A DNA stretch of 64,000 bases from Bugula neritina (GCA_964035545.1 OZ037767.1:507680-571679), one strand, 5' to 3'. Counted from the stretch's first letter, positions 1 to 15,700 are shown. Program-made: numbers and translations. The notes: generated from the letters alone by a model not told the origin.

Positions 1-3000
1 GTATTACTATGATATTACTACAGTGTATATTACTATGATATTACTACAGTGTATATTACTATGATATTACTACAGTGTGTATTACTATGATATTACTACA
101 GTGTATATTACTATTATATTACTACAGCGTATATTACTATATATAACTATACAGTGTATATTACTATGATATTACTACAGTGTATATTACTATTATATTA
201 CTACAGTATATATTACTATGATATTACTACAGTGTATATTACTATTATATTACTATAGTGTATATTACTATGATATTACTACAGTGTATATTACTATTAT
301 ATTACTACAGTGTATATTAGTATTATATTACTACAGTGTATATTACTATTACATTACTATATTGTATATTACTATGATATTACTACAGTATATATTACTA
401 TTATATTACTATATTGTATATTACTATTATATTACTACAGTGTATATTACTATTGTATTACTATAGTGTATATTACTATGATATTACTACAGTGTATATT
501 ACTATTATATTACTACAGAGTATATTACTATTATATTACTACAGTGTATATTACTATGATATTACTACAGTGTATATTACTATTATATTACTATAGTGTA
601 TATTACTATATATAACTATAGTGTATATTACTATGATATTACTACAGTGTATATTACTATTATATTACTACAGTGTATATTACTATTATATTACTACAGT
701 GTATATTACTATTATATTACTACAGTGTATATTACTATTATATTACTACAGTGTATATTACTATTATATTACTACAGTGTATATTACTATTATATTACTA
801 CAGTGTATATTACTATATATAACTATACAGTGTATATTACTATGATATTACTACAGTGTATATTACTATTGTATTACTATAGTGTATATTACTATGATAT
901 TACTACAGTGTGTATTACTATGATATTACTACAGTGTATATTACTATGATATTACTACAGTGTATATTACTATGATATTACTACAGTGTGTATTACTATG
1001 ATATTACTACAGTGTGTATTACTATTATATTACTACAGTGTGTATTACTATGATATTACTACAGTGTATATTACTATTATATTACTACAGCGTATATTAC
1101 TATATATAACTATACAGTGTATATTACTATGATATTACTACAGTGTATATTACTATGATATTACTACAGTGTATATTACTATTATATTACTACAGCGTAT
1201 ATTACTATATATAACTATACAGTGTATATTACTATGATATTACTACAGTGTATATTACTATGATATTACTACAGTGTATATTACTATTATATTACTACAG
1301 CGTATATTACTATATATAACTATACAGTGTATATTACTATGATATTACTACAGTGTATATTACTATGATATTACTACAGTGTATATTACTATTGTATTAC
1401 TACAGTGTATATTACTATTATATTACTACAGTGTATATTACTATTATATTACTACAGCGTATATTACTATATATAACTATACAGTGTATATTACTATGAT
1501 ATTACTACAGTGTATATTACTATTATATTACTACAGTGTATATTACTATGATATTACTACAGTGTATATTACTATGATATTACTACAGTATATATTACTA
1601 TTATATTACTACAGTGTATATTACTATGATATTACTACAGTGTATATTACTATTATATTACTATAGTGTATATTACTATTATATTACTACAGTGTATATT
1701 ACTATTATATTACTACAGTGTATATTACTATTATATTACTACAGTGTATATTACTATTGTATTACTACAGTGTATATTACTATTATATTACTACAGTGTA
1801 TATTACTATTGTATTACTATAGTGTATATTACTATTATATTACTACAGTGTATATTACTATGATATTACTACAGTGTATATTACTATTATATTACTACAG
1901 AGTATATTACTATTATATTACTACAGTGTATATTACTATGATATTACTACAGTGTATATTACTATTATATTACTACAGTGTATATTACTATATATAACTA
2001 TACAGTGTATATTACTATGATATTACTACAGTGTATATTACTATGATATTACTACAGTGTATATTACTATGATATTACTACAGTGTATATTACTATTATA
2101 TTACTACAGTGTATATTACTATGATATTACTACAGTGTATATTACTATATATAACTATACAGTGTATATTACTATTATATTACTATAGTGTATATTACTA
2201 TTATATTACTACAGTGTATATTACTATTATATTACTACAGTGTATGTTACTATTATATTACTACAGTGTATATTACTATTATATTACTACAGAGTATATT
2301 ACTATTATATTACTACAGTGTATATTACTATGATATTACTATAGTGTATATTACTATGATATTACTATAGTGTATATTACTATGATATTACTACAGTGTA
2401 TATTACTATTATATTACTACAGAGTATATTACTATATATAACTATAGTGTATATTACTATTATATTACTACAGTGTATATTACTATTATATTACTACAGT
2501 GTATATTACTATGATATTACTACAGTGTATATTACTATTATATTACTACAGCGTATATTACTATATATAACTATACAGTGTATATTACTATTATATTACT
2601 ACAGTGTATATTACTATTATATTACTACAGTGTATATTACTATGATATTACTACAGTGTATATTACTATTGTATTACTATAGTGTATATTACTATTATAT
2701 TACTACAGTGTATATTACTATGATATTACTACAGTGTATATTACTATGATATTACTACAGTGTATATTACTATTATATTACTACAGTGTATATTACTATG
2801 ATATTACTACAGTGTATATTACTATTATATTACTACAGTGTATATTACTATGATATTACTACAGTGTATATTACTATTATATTACTACAGTGTATATTAC
2901 TATTATATTACTACAGTGTATATTACTATTATATTACTATAGTGTATATTACTATGATATTACTACAGTGTATATTACTATTATATTACTACAGTGTATA

Positions 3001-3780
3001 TTACTATTATATTACTATAGTGTATATTACTATTATATTACTACAGTGTATATTACTATTATATTACTATAGTGTATATTACTATGATATTACTACAGTG
3101 TATATTACTATTATATTACTATAGTGTATATTACTATATATAACTATAGTGTATATTACTATGATATTACTACAGTGTATATTACTATTATATTACTACA
3201 GTGTATATTACTATATATAACTATACAGTGTATATTACTATGATATTACTACAGTGTATATTACTATGATATTACTATAGTGTATATTACTATTATATTA
3301 CTACAGTGTATATTACTATGATATTACTACAGTGTATATTACTATTATATTACTACAGAGTATATTACTATTATATTACTACAGTGTATATTACTATTAT
3401 ATTACTACAGTGTATATTACTATGATATTACTACAGTGTATATTACTATTATATTACTATAGTGTATGTTACTATTATATTACTACAGTGTATATTACTA
3501 TGATATTACTATATTGTATATTACTATATATAACTATACAGTGTATATTACTATGATATTACTACAGTGTATATTACTATGATATTACTACAGTGTATAT
3601 TACTATTATATTACTATAGTGTATATTACTATTGTATTACTACAGTGTATATTACTATTGTATTACTACAGTGTATATTACTATATATAACTATACAGTG
3701 TATATTACTATTATATTACTATAGTGTATATTACTATGATATTACTACAGTGTATATTAGTATTATATTACTACAGTATA
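1..3780. repeat. Minisatellite, 26-bp unit (TATTACTACAGTGTATATTACTATGA) built from two related 13-bp subunits; truncated by window start
   Basis: Direct tandem periodicity; the Y/I/T-rich ORFs here are repeat artefacts. Confidence 0.97.
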
Positions 3781-4709
3781 TAATATGATTGCATAGTTAT
3801 AACGAGAGTGTTTCAGAACTTCATTTTGTTATACTATAATTTTATAGAAACACATGACAGTTCATTAGTTGCAGGAAATATTACGTAAATGGCAAAGAAT
3901 AATATAATTAAATATAGCTAAGCACGTCTCACTGCACATTAGCCATGATACTCAATACATTTTAATTAGATCTCCATCTCCCGAGAGGCTCCCGTCATTA
4001 TACCATCTCAGATACACAACCTAATTGACTTGCCCTGATTTAATTTATATGTTTGAGTTTATTATAACATTATGCTGCTGCCTTTCACTAACTAATCAGC
4101 TATTGGCTGGCAGCACTGTCAATACAGCTCGTAATAAGTCTGAAAGTGCCTTTGACGTTGTGGTTTGTTTGGTATACCGAGAAAGCTCACCGTGCTGGGC
4201 TTGTGTAGCGGATACAAAACAGCTATCATTGTATGACTCTATTTTAGAGACTATCAGCATTGGAGTTGGAAATTTTTAAAGTTAAATATTTCATTCTGTT
4301 TGGTTTTCATTTGTAGTATTTGTGTCACTTGTAACTAGCTACGATGTATAGCTGGCACTAGCTAGAAAACACAGTTTCTACCACACTACTCCGTTGTTTG
4401 TGTCTTAATAGCACTGTGTGTATGCAGTAACTAGTCACTAGAGTGTAGTCATTATAGTCACTAGTCACTAACGATTAGTCATTAAAGTGTATTCAGTGTA
4501 GTCATAGACTACTCTATTATATAATAGACGTCAGGAGCTAACCAAGTTTTAAATTATACTCCTGTTGATGGTTGTTCAAAGAGGCAGCGCTTTTTTTAGA
4601 TTGGCTAAGTCAGCAATGAGTCAACTGGGTGAGCAAGCTGTACTACTTTATGTTACAGAGTTACATGTGTGAGTAGGCAGCATAAACATCAGCTAGAACA
4701 TGTGATGAG

Positions 4710-7700
4710 ATGTCATTTGAATTGGATGATGCGACATACATGAGTGCAGACAGAAGGTTGAGCCATGCGTGGGACTATCAGCAACATTGTAGAGTAGGTA
4801 CAATATAACTACAATATAACTACAGTATAACTACAGTATAACTACAGTACAGCTACAGTATAACTACAGTATAACTACAGTATAACTATAGTATAACTAC
4901 AGTATAACTACAGTATAACTTCAGTATAACTATAGTATAACTACAGTATAACTACAGTATAACTACAGTATAACTACAGTATAACTACAGTATAACTACA
5001 GTATAACTTCAGTATAACTATAGTATAACTACAATATAACTACAGTACAGCTACAGTATAACTACAATATAACTACAGTATAACTACAGTATAACTACAG
5101 TATAACTATAGTATAACTACAATATAACTACAGTATAACTACAGTACAGCTACAGTACAACTACAGTATAACTACAGTATAACTATAGTATAACTACAAT
5201 ATAACTACAGTATAACTACAGTATAGCTACAGTATAACTACAATATAACTACAGTACAGCTACAGTATAACTACAATATAACTACAGTATAACTACAGTA
5301 TAGCTACAGTATAACTACAGTATAACTACAGTATAGCTACAGTATAACTACGGTGTAACTACAGCACAGCTACAGTATAGCTACAGTATAGCTGCAGTAC
5401 AGCTACAGTATAACTACAGTACAGCTACAGTATAACTACAGTACAGCTACAGTATAACTACAGTACAGCTACAGTACAGCTACAGTATAACTACAATATA
5501 ACTACAGTATAACTACAGTATAACTACAGTATAACTATTAACTACGGTGTAACCACAGCATATCTTCCTATAGCTAGCTAGTATTAGTAGAGGGATAACT
5601 TCAGTTTAATGTAGAGCTGCACTTCAACCACTCAACATGCTATATGAGCTGCTAACAAACCCTTTAGACTGACAAGCACTCTCAGGTGCTAGTCAGTGTA
5701 AATATCTTACAGCAGCCACTTTCTTGGCAAATTCTTCTCCAGATAACCACTTGAAGGTGCCATACAGAGTATTACAGCATAAGTGCTAGCACATTATACT
5801 ATTGCCATTGTAGCATTACAATATTATACACATCAATGCATTGTAAGTTGTAACACCTTACTCTATATTGTAGTATTTTATACAATATCTCATATGAAAC
5901 ATGTGATATGATTGGTTGGAATTGACCATCTGTTTACCAGGTGCCAGCCAAGTTGTCATGGAGACAGATACTTTCTGTCTCCTTCCACTGGAGATGCCTC
6001 ACTCTGACCATGTTACTACTCGTGTGCTTCTGCCTTCTAACCTGGTGTAGGGTACCTGTAGATTATGTTCTACCCTGCAGGTAAAATACCATTATATCCT
6101 GCAGGGAAAATATCCTTATATCCTGCAGGTAAAAGAATCCTCATTTTAAGTAGGCCTATAGCTAATGAAAACTCAAGAAAATATTTCAACAACCTTTTCT
6201 TTTACAAAATAGTTCAAGCTTTGACTTCTATAATCAAACTGGTAGTTTAAGTAAGTCATGTAAATATGTGAATATTGTATTACATAAGAAAACATGCTCA
6301 TCAATCTATTCTAAATATAGAGACATGTGAATATAACCTATAACGAGTTTACTGAGGAATTATATACTAGACACAAACTGATCCTTCATTGTAACAGGAA
6401 CGGGGTGATTTGGGTGCCTACTAGCATCACCATCATATTCTATATCCTGTACTTAGTGGAGTGTTTCCACTGTAAACTACACCGAGATTTAGTGAACATT
6501 GTCCACACTGACACTTTCCAACTCTTGGTCAGTAAATGGATCAAAGCAAAGCCCGTCATCAAGTGGAAAGCTGTCTGCTATCACTACGGTAGAACATTCC
6601 GGCAGCGTTACACCAGAAGTAAGTGTTACCTGCAGCTACTGCATACAATACACCAGAAGTAAGTGTTACCTGCAGCTACAACTGCAGACATGCATGCATC
6701 AAATATAAACAGTTTGAAAGATTATTTGGTTTCTATTTCTATAATCATTATAGTTGAAAACATAGTTTATATTTCAAGTTTGCATCTTCAAAAGTTGTCT
6801 TCTCTCAATACTTGTTGATAGTTATCTTCTGTCAACACTACCTAAATTTATCTTCTCATAACCTTGTTACACTAACTTGATGAATCTCAGGCTAATAGTC
6901 AAGTGTCTTTGCTAGATCATCTGCAGCTATCAGTGAAATATGTAGAATATATAGTAATAGTCAGTGTAATCTGTAGAATATATAGTAACAGTCAGTTTAA
7001 TCTGTAGAATATAATGTAATAGCAGTGTAATCTGTAGAATATAGAGTAAGTCAGTGTAATCTGTAGAATATATAGTAAGTCAGTGTAATCTGTAGAATAT
7101 ATAGTAAGTCAGTGTAATCTGTAGAATATATAGTAAGTCAGTGTAATCTGTAGAATATATATTATAGTCACTGTAGAATATATAGTAACAATCAGTGTAA
7201 TTTGTAGGCGGTGCCAGTGGGAGTACAGTTCCCTGCCTCCAGTACACAAGAGTTAATAGTGAAATGTCCGAATACAGATACCAACCAAATGACTGCGGCT
7301 ATATGGACAAATCCACACCTCTCAGTCGGTATAAAAGATATGATATAATCAAAGTGAGTTTTAGAGATGTATAGCATAATAATATATATGTGATATTTAA
7401 TATATTATAATTCTATATTACTATATATAATATTTTATATTACTATATAATATAATATCATATATTACTATATAATATAATATTCTATATTACTATATAT
7501 AATATCCTATATTACTATATATAATACTCTATATTACTATATAATATATTATAATGATACTATATAATATATTATAATGATACTATATATAATATATTAT
7601 AATGATACTATATATAATATATTATAATGATACTATATATAATATATTATAATGATACTATATATAGTATATTATAATGATACTACATATAATATATTAT

Positions 7701-9985
7701 AATGATACTATATATAATATATTATAATGATACTATATATAATATATTATAATGATACTATATATAATATATTATAATGATACTATATATAGTATATTAT
7801 AATGATACTACATATAATATATTATAATGATACTATATATAATATATTATAATGATACTATATATAATATATTATAATGATACTATATATAGTATATTAT
7901 AATGATACTACATATAATATATTATAAAGATACTATATATAATATATTATAATGATACTATATATAATATATTATAATGATACTATATATAGTATATTAT
8001 AATGATACTACATATAATATATTATAAAGATACTATATATAATATATTATAATGATACTATATATAGTATATTATAACGATAGTACATATAATATATTAT
8101 AAAGATACTATATATAATATATTATAATGATACTATATATAATATATTATAATGATACTATATATAATATATTATAATGATACTATATATAATATATTAT
8201 AATGATACTATATATAGTATATTATAATGATACTACATATAATATATTATAATGATACTATATATAATATATTATAATGATACTATATATAATATATTAT
8301 AATGATACTATATATAGTATATTATAATGATACTACATATAATATATTATAATGATACTATATATAATATATTATAATGATACTATATATAATATATTAT
8401 AAAGATACTACATATAATATATTATAATGATACTACATATAATATATTATAAAGATACTATATATAATATATTATAATGATACTATATATAGTATATTAT
8501 AATGATACTATATATAATATCTACAGGTTGAAATGGAAAAGTCGTTCTCCTTCGGCTGCTCGTGTTCTGAAGCAGCTTACCTGACGCAGCGGAAAGTGTT
8601 TTATGAGAGACAAGTATCTGTTGATGATTTCATAGAGCTCAATGAGATGTTCTACCTCTCAGGTGAGTAGAGCTCAATGAGATGTTCTACCTCTCAGGTG
8701 AGTAGAGCTCAATGAGATGTTCTACCTCTCAGGTGAGTAGAGCTCAATGAGAGTTCTACCTCTCAGGTGAGTAGAGCTCAATGTTCTACCTCTCAGGTGT
8801 GTAGAGCTCAGTGTTTTATCTCTCAGGTGAGTAAAGCTCAGTGGAGTAGAAAAGCAAATATCTTGGAAGTTGTGTTCTCTTCTTGAAGGTTCGAATGTGC
8901 CGGACTCGCTGTGTCTCGTCAACACCAGCTCTGGACGGCTCCCGTGGTACTGCTGGAAGAGTGTATTCTGGATAATGTCTGTCTTGTGTCTGTCCTGGCC
9001 AATCAGATTGCTAGTAGAGCGAAAAACGGCCTACGTCTCGTTGATTTTACACAAAGAAGTGAGTCAGAAAAGTTTAATAATATTATATGAAGAATAAATC
9101 TATGAATTATGTTGCTTTTAACCCAATCTTTCTTTTTATTACTGACCAATATCACAGGCTCGTTTACAAGCTCAAGATGTCACAACTTGATGTACTCCAT
9201 TGTTTGTTTACTTACAGTTTGGAGGTCAATGTAGCGGAGTATTAGCCACATCGGGCCCACACTCCATCTCCAGTTACGACAGTAAATACTCAGAGAACAT
9301 ATACGGAGTTATCCCCAGCTACTCTGAGGCTCTGTTTATGAGTTCCTATACTCTAAATGGTCCGTATGATACTATATATTACTGTATATATCACTGTATA
9401 ACGCCTTAATACTGTGTAACACTATAATATACTGTATAACACTATATACTGTATAACACTGTATAACGCTATATTATACTGTATATAGTACGGTATAACA
9501 CTATATTATACTGTATAATACAGTATAACACTATATTATACTGTATTACTGTGTTATACTCTGCTGTAGGTACGAGGGTGTCTACAACTTCACCATCCAA
9601 TAAGAAAATGATCTCAAGACCCGGGACTTACGAAACAATCAAATACACTAACGAGGAGTTTCTGCGTAGCAACTTTCGGGACTCAACCAAGTCTGCAGAA
9701 GTCCACAAAACCAGGCACCAGAAAATGTTTTCTTCCAAAACATCTGATGATTTGGGACTCCTCCGTACTCACTTCATAGCCTCGGGATACCAGTGCAGTA
9801 AGCCTGTGCCCCGGTCTGTCAGTCTGCACGTCCCCGCTGCAGGCCAATCCTCAAGATCTAAGGCTAACAAAGAGACTAATCTGCCCGCTCCGTCCCTGCC
9901 CTTCTATGGTAGCCGTCATGTGATTGGTCCATTAAATACAACTCCTAAATCTAAGATTATGTGTGAGACTACTAATCTACTGTGA
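4710..9985 (+). CDS. TMEM151: TMEM151-family membrane protein, 8 coding exons: 4710-4793, 5941-6051, 6321-6618, 7208-7353, 8527-8662, 8889-9058, 9218-9359, 9570-9985
   Basis: GT-AG junctions with consistent phase; motifs HWRCLTLT..WCR, LYLVECFHC, WKAVCYHY, KSFSFG..EAAYLTQR, PWY....FWIMSVLCLSWPIR recalled as matching TMEM151A/B; first exon least certain. Confidence 0.85.
4797..5540. repeat. Intronic minisatellite, 11-bp unit AGTATAACTAC, starting a few nt after the exon-1 donor
   Basis: Direct periodicity. Confidence 0.95.
6930..7207. repeat. Intronic minisatellite, ~29-bp unit GTCAGTGTAATCTGTAGAATATATAGTAA; the last copy supplies the acceptor
   Basis: Final copy TCAGTGTAATTTGTAG| is the 3' splice site at 7207. 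Confidence 0.9.
7380..8520. repeat. Intronic AT-rich minisatellite, 25-bp unit ATATATTATAATGATACTATATATA, filling the intron up to the acceptor
   Basis: Direct periodicity. Confidence 0.95.
8633..8840. repeat. 35-bp tandem repeat spanning exon end and donor (TAGAGCTCAATGAGATGTTCTACCTCTCAG|GTGAG), ~6 copies
   Basis: First copy is coding (ELNEMFYLS); copies decay into the intron. Confidence 0.93.
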
Positions 9986-10230
9986 AATATAGCCTGTGGT
10001 ACTACGAATCTACTGTGAGATATAGCCTGTGGTACTACAAATCTACTGTGAGATATAGCCTGTGGTACTACAAATCTACTGTGAGATATAGCCTGTGGTA
10101 CTACTAATCTACTGTGAGATATAGCCTGTGGTACTACTAATCTACTGTGAGATATAGCCTGTGGTACTACTAATCTACTGTGAGATATAGCCTGTGGTAC
10201 TACAAATCTACTAAAAAATATAACCTGTGG
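9960..10230. repeat. 33-bp tandem repeat spanning the TMEM151 stop codon into the 3' UTR
   Basis: ACTACTAATCTACTGTGAGATATAGCCTGTGGT, 7-8 copies; the first copy contains TGA at 9983-9985. Confidence 0.93.
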
Positions 10231-11859
10231 TACTTACTACAGTCTATAGCTCAAGATCTGTTGAGCTCTTCTCACCTCACACCCCTCTCCATAATTAACT
10301 TTTTTATAATTCATAGCATTTTATTTATCTATTATATTTTACTGATCTCTGCTATTAGTGTGTAGCCTTCAAACACACCCAGAAAAGTACACAGGTAACA
10401 CAACTACCAACATTTTAATTTGAAGCTCTTATCTGTTAATTTAGTTTCACATCCCAGATTCTTAAGTCATCCTAAAGCTAAAAAATGTGTTTGTTAAAAA
10501 TTATGTCATTTATAACAGAAACAAGGCTTATACAATATAGACTACGGTTTGCAATAATATAATTGCCTGCGAAGTTATGATTGCTTCAGATTATTTGTAG
10601 AATAAATAAAACTTCAGATAGAAAGTTCTCCAGATCATACTACATCAACTGACTTACAATACAGCCAACTATAGGACTGTGTAAAGATAACACACACTAT
10701 TAGGATATTAAATTTCAGTGTTCAACAAAAGTAATGTTACATTGACTGTACAGCTCAGTCTATAGTGGCCCATTGCAAAAATTTACACCAGTGTTGATCT
10801 GTTGTAGATTCAAAATATGCCTCTTTTCTTTGTCAACATTCTCAATGACTTAAAATAAATAAAACAATTGTTTATAACTCGACTATCAAAGGCTTTATCG
10901 CTGTGACTAGCAGTGAAATAACGCGGGTCAGTTTACATAATGCACTAAGACTCTAGTGTTATTGCAAACACGGCTATTATCTTTACAGTTACAGATAAAG
11001 GGCTGATTGGCTCACTGGTTTTCAGTCACTATTCTATAGAATAGAGCACTCAGGCAGCAGCAGCATTCATACCTGCTGATTATTGTTCCAAGAGTAGAAT
11101 GCCATGCACTAGAGTCTATTGAACAGCTATCAACACAACTAGCTAGTTTGAATTTCATCACGTTAGTCACAACTAGACGTCGGCTATTGAGCTAACAATC
11201 AAATTGATTTACTAATCGCTGGTAGGGACTTTGAGTTAGACTTTACGGATTATAACCATGTAGTTGTGTATTTGCATGACAAAGAATTAAGAGCATGATT
11301 ACTCTAAAGAAGTAAGTGAAAATTTTAGATTATAAAATAACTACATATATTATACTGACGATTAAGTTTGCCAAGGTTTGAGGGCATCTGCTTGCATATT
11401 GATATTCGTATTGCAGAAATTTGATGTGTTTTTTTTCCAAGTTGAGACATTTGCTCAACATTAAACTTTGTAATTGGCCATGCCTTGTGGTTTTCAATGC
11501 AGTGGTTACAGAGTAGAGAAACATGACAGTTATTGCATCTTCAATCTATAAATGTTATTGTCTATATTAATCATTATAGATGGCTAGTTTTCACTTACTC
11601 TTATTGTCCACCTAGTATCCACCTAGCTAATAAATTTACTTGAGATTTACCTTTCCTTGACTTCAGTTCACCTATTACTCAATTTGACACACCTACACTT
11701 GGTCTGATATACTCTGTTGTAACTGTAGTGTACAATAACATCCACAGTGATTGGAGTACAAACCACCCTTCAAAACACTTCAACTCAGGCCCTTCGTTCA
11801 GCTCTCCAGCGTCAAGTAGCTCTCCAGGCAGCAGTAGCTCAGTAGACAGCAGCGTTATC

Positions 11860-12715
11860 ATGTCTTCCAACAGTACCATGGTGAGTGTGATTTACGGTAG
11901 TAGCATATAATATTCATATTAACTTATACTGTATGTGAAGTGGGAGTTGTCAACTCTGCAACCTCAGCATAGCAAGGAAAACTAACTTGTAATATACAAG
12001 ATGTGCATGTCTGCAACATTTCTAACTGTTCAGTTTTCCTGATTGGTTACATTGTATTAAACTCTACATGTGTTTTATAATAACTGAAAATATTCTATTT
12101 AGAGTTATCTCTCTTGCACAAGTTTTTCACTTGCCTATAGAGCCATTTTCTTTCTTATCAGTTCAAACTAAACCCGTTCTCAACAACCACAATCTTCAAC
12201 TAATACAAATAATATGAACTTAGAGTCAACTATTTACTAGATTAATGTTGAGATGTTACACTAATTAGCAGAAATACAATACCTTCGTGGGGCAGACAAC
12301 TTCACCTGAATTATATCTCACTCCTTTTCACTCCTTAGGGCTTAGAGTAATTGTATGATTGCTCAGTGGTAATCAATAAAAGCAATTAATATAGTATTGT
12401 GTAATGATCAATAAGTTTTAGTGGATTAGTGATATTGCTACAGTACAGTGTGGGTTACAACTGTTACATATACAACTATTCATTGTTCTTACTCACACAG
12501 TGGAGTCTATCAATACACTCACTCCCTGTAGTCCAAGATAAACATACAACAGGTATATTACTTGCAGTTCCAGTCATCGAGTGCGCTGTCTAGGAACCCC
12601 AGACTATACACCCGCAGGTACGACAGCTCATCTGACAAGAAATCGGCAGCACTTCCTGGCCAAAGCAGCTCTCCGTCTCGCAAGTCGTCTCGTACTAGAA
12701 GGTAGTCTCTCTTTG

Positions 12716-12746
<31 letters not shown>

Positions 12747-15700
12747 GTGTCTGTCTGTCTTACTGTCTGTCTGTGTGTCTGTGTGTCTGTCTGTCTGTGT
12801 GTGTGTCTGTCTGTTTCACTGTCTGTCTGTGTGTCTGTCTGTCTCATTGTCTGTCTGTCTGTCTGTCTGTCTGTGTGTGTGTCTGTCTGTGTGTCTGTCT
12901 GTTTCACTGTCTGTCTGTCTGTCTGTCTGCCTGTCTGTCTGTCTGTCTGTTTCACTGTCTGTCTGTGTGTCTGTCTGTCTGTCTCAATGTCTGTCTGTCT
13001 CACTGTCTGTCTGTCTGTCTGTGTGTCTGTCTGTCTCACTGTCTGTTTCACTGTCTGTCTGTGTGTCTGTCTGTCTGTCTGTGTGTCTGTCTGTCTCACT
13101 GTGTGTGTGTCTGTCTGTCTGTCTGCCTGCCTGTCTGTCTGTCTGTCTGTCTGTTACTGTATTGCAGTAGTATTATCACATCCTTGAATCATTGATATTA
13201 ATAATAACTCAGTAGTGCTATGATAGTAATAATAACTCAGTAGTGCTATGATATTAATAATAACTCAGTAGTGCTATGATAGTAATAATAACTCAGTAGT
13301 GCTATGATAGTAATAATAACTCAGTAGTACTATGATAGTAATAATAACTCAGTAGTGCTATGATATTAATAATAACTCAGTAGTGCTATGATAGTAATAA
13401 TAACTCAGTAGTGCTATGATAGTAATAATAACTCAGTAGTGCTATGATATTAATAGTAACTCAGTAGTGCTATGATAGTAATAATAACTCAGTAGTGCTA
13501 TGATAGTAATAATAACTCAGTAGTACTATGATAGTAATAATAACTCAGTAGTACTATGATAGTAATAATAACTCAGTAGTGCTATGATAGTAATAATAAC
13601 TCAGTAGTGCTATGATGGTAATAATAACTCAGTAGTACTATGATAGTAATAATAACTCAGTAGTGCTATGATAGTAATAATAACTCAGTAGTGCTATGAT
13701 AGTAATAATAACTCAGTAGTGCTATGATAGTAATAATAACTTAGTAGTGCTATGATAGTAATAATAACTCAGTAGTGCTATGATAGTAATAATAACTCAG
13801 TAGTGCTATGGTATTAATAGTAATAATAATGTTGGTAATAAAACACATCATCATAGCATTATATTTTTCAAGATATTTTGCATTTTGATAACCAGTTTTA
13901 AAAGATGTGGACATAAGAAAAAGAAACACAACTCCTAAGTGTTTTCTTATGAGTATTCCATGGTAAAAGAATGCAACAGACGACTACTCTGTTTATCATA
14001 ACTGTAGCATATTGTATGTTTTACTATGTGTTCAACTATGCATAATCTTACATGTGATATGTAACATATAATGTAACATATAATATAATACATAGTATAA
14101 CATATGTGACCTGGCACCACAAAACAAGGGATGTATATAAAATGTTGAAAACCTAGTTATTACTATGGAGTGATAGAGCAGACTTTTCCAAACATTTTGC
14201 ACTTTATTTGAAGTCTCTAGCATAAATAGAACTTGAGATATCAGTATTTATAAACTTTAACGTTTTTAGAATTTCTAAATTACTGTTTCGAGAAAATCGC
14301 GTTTAAAGTTGGCAACTTTAGAATAAGTTGAGAATTATTTGTTTACAATTTACAAGCCTTAGCAACGGGTCTTTGTATGATAGGAATAATGACAAATTTG
14401 GTATCAAATTAATTGTGAAAGTTTGGGCTTTCTGATAAACTTAATTTCATGCTACCTCAACATAAAATTAGGTCAAATATGGCTGCCAAACTTTTTGTCT
14501 AATTTATTTATCAATTTGCTTTTTACTTTGTTTAATGATTGAAAGGTTCAACAATTCCAGCAAAGAAGAGGATGTTTCAGCAAATTTGTGTGTTGAGATA
14601 TTTAAATTAGGCATCCAAGTCAGCAGGGAGTTATATAAAACAAAATGGCGGCTGCTTCCTGTTATTCATTGAATATCTTCCTCTCCTCTAATATATTGTG
14701 CAATATATCGAACTGCAGCTATTGAGCTGTGCTGTTTCATAGTTATTGCTTAATGAGTAGAACACTTATGAGAAAATCATTTGACTATTATGAGATCATT
14801 CGAAATTCATTCATAAATATCTTTATAATCTCTAACGGCAACTAAATTTAGCAATTGATGTTGAAAATATAAACATAAAATCAGCGGTTAGAACTTTGGA
14901 GTTTTATTAGGCATTAATATTCACATTTAAAACATCAAATACATTATTTTAAAAAAACTAATTAAATGCAGTAACAAATCCAGCCTGGATACAACCATTA
15001 TGCTTGAATTAACTCTAATCAAGAAAAGAAAATTAGGTAGCTTCTACGGTTTTTGCAAAAAAAGGCACTTTTCATCTTTCTACTTCCTTGGTCTTCATAA
15101 TATGAGTTTACAGAGTATGGACACATAACATCATGTGTGTGGCAAAAGCTTCATCACTATCATTAACTGATTTTCTAGCAATTATAGATGCTGCTACTTG
15201 ACATCTATTCTGCCAATCTACCCATCTATTGTCTATTCCAGAGCTGCAAGTACAATGTTGACTTTTTTAAATAACAAAAGAAAACGGTAGCTTGATTAGA
15301 AATTATACGCAGTTATATTATAAAAATTTAGTTGGTTAAACACTCTTGTGGTACTATTATGGCAGCAGTTAATTGTCATCCTGCATTTTATCAACATTTA
15401 AATGTATTGAATTAAACAGAACAATTTAAATTAAAAAATTTGTTGAAAATTTTTAAGCACATCATTAAAAGACTGCAAACCTTTTTATGAATGTAATAAG
15501 CAGAAGCCATAACCTTGCAAGCCAAAATTCAGAGTGTCTACATTAGGAGTGTTAGATTGATAGGTAGTAGAGTTGTGTTGGTATAAGTCTTCACTCTAAT
15601 GCTCTCACAAGCCCACTTTCTAAAATGTACAGAATATCGGATTATTCTATATTAACATAGTATTATCAGTAAAATTACACATTATGCACTTGAATATCTA

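Noticed and set aside
218-3788. Many Tyr/Ile/Leu-rich ORFs
   Set aside because: Translations of a 26-bp satellite in several frames; no protein signal
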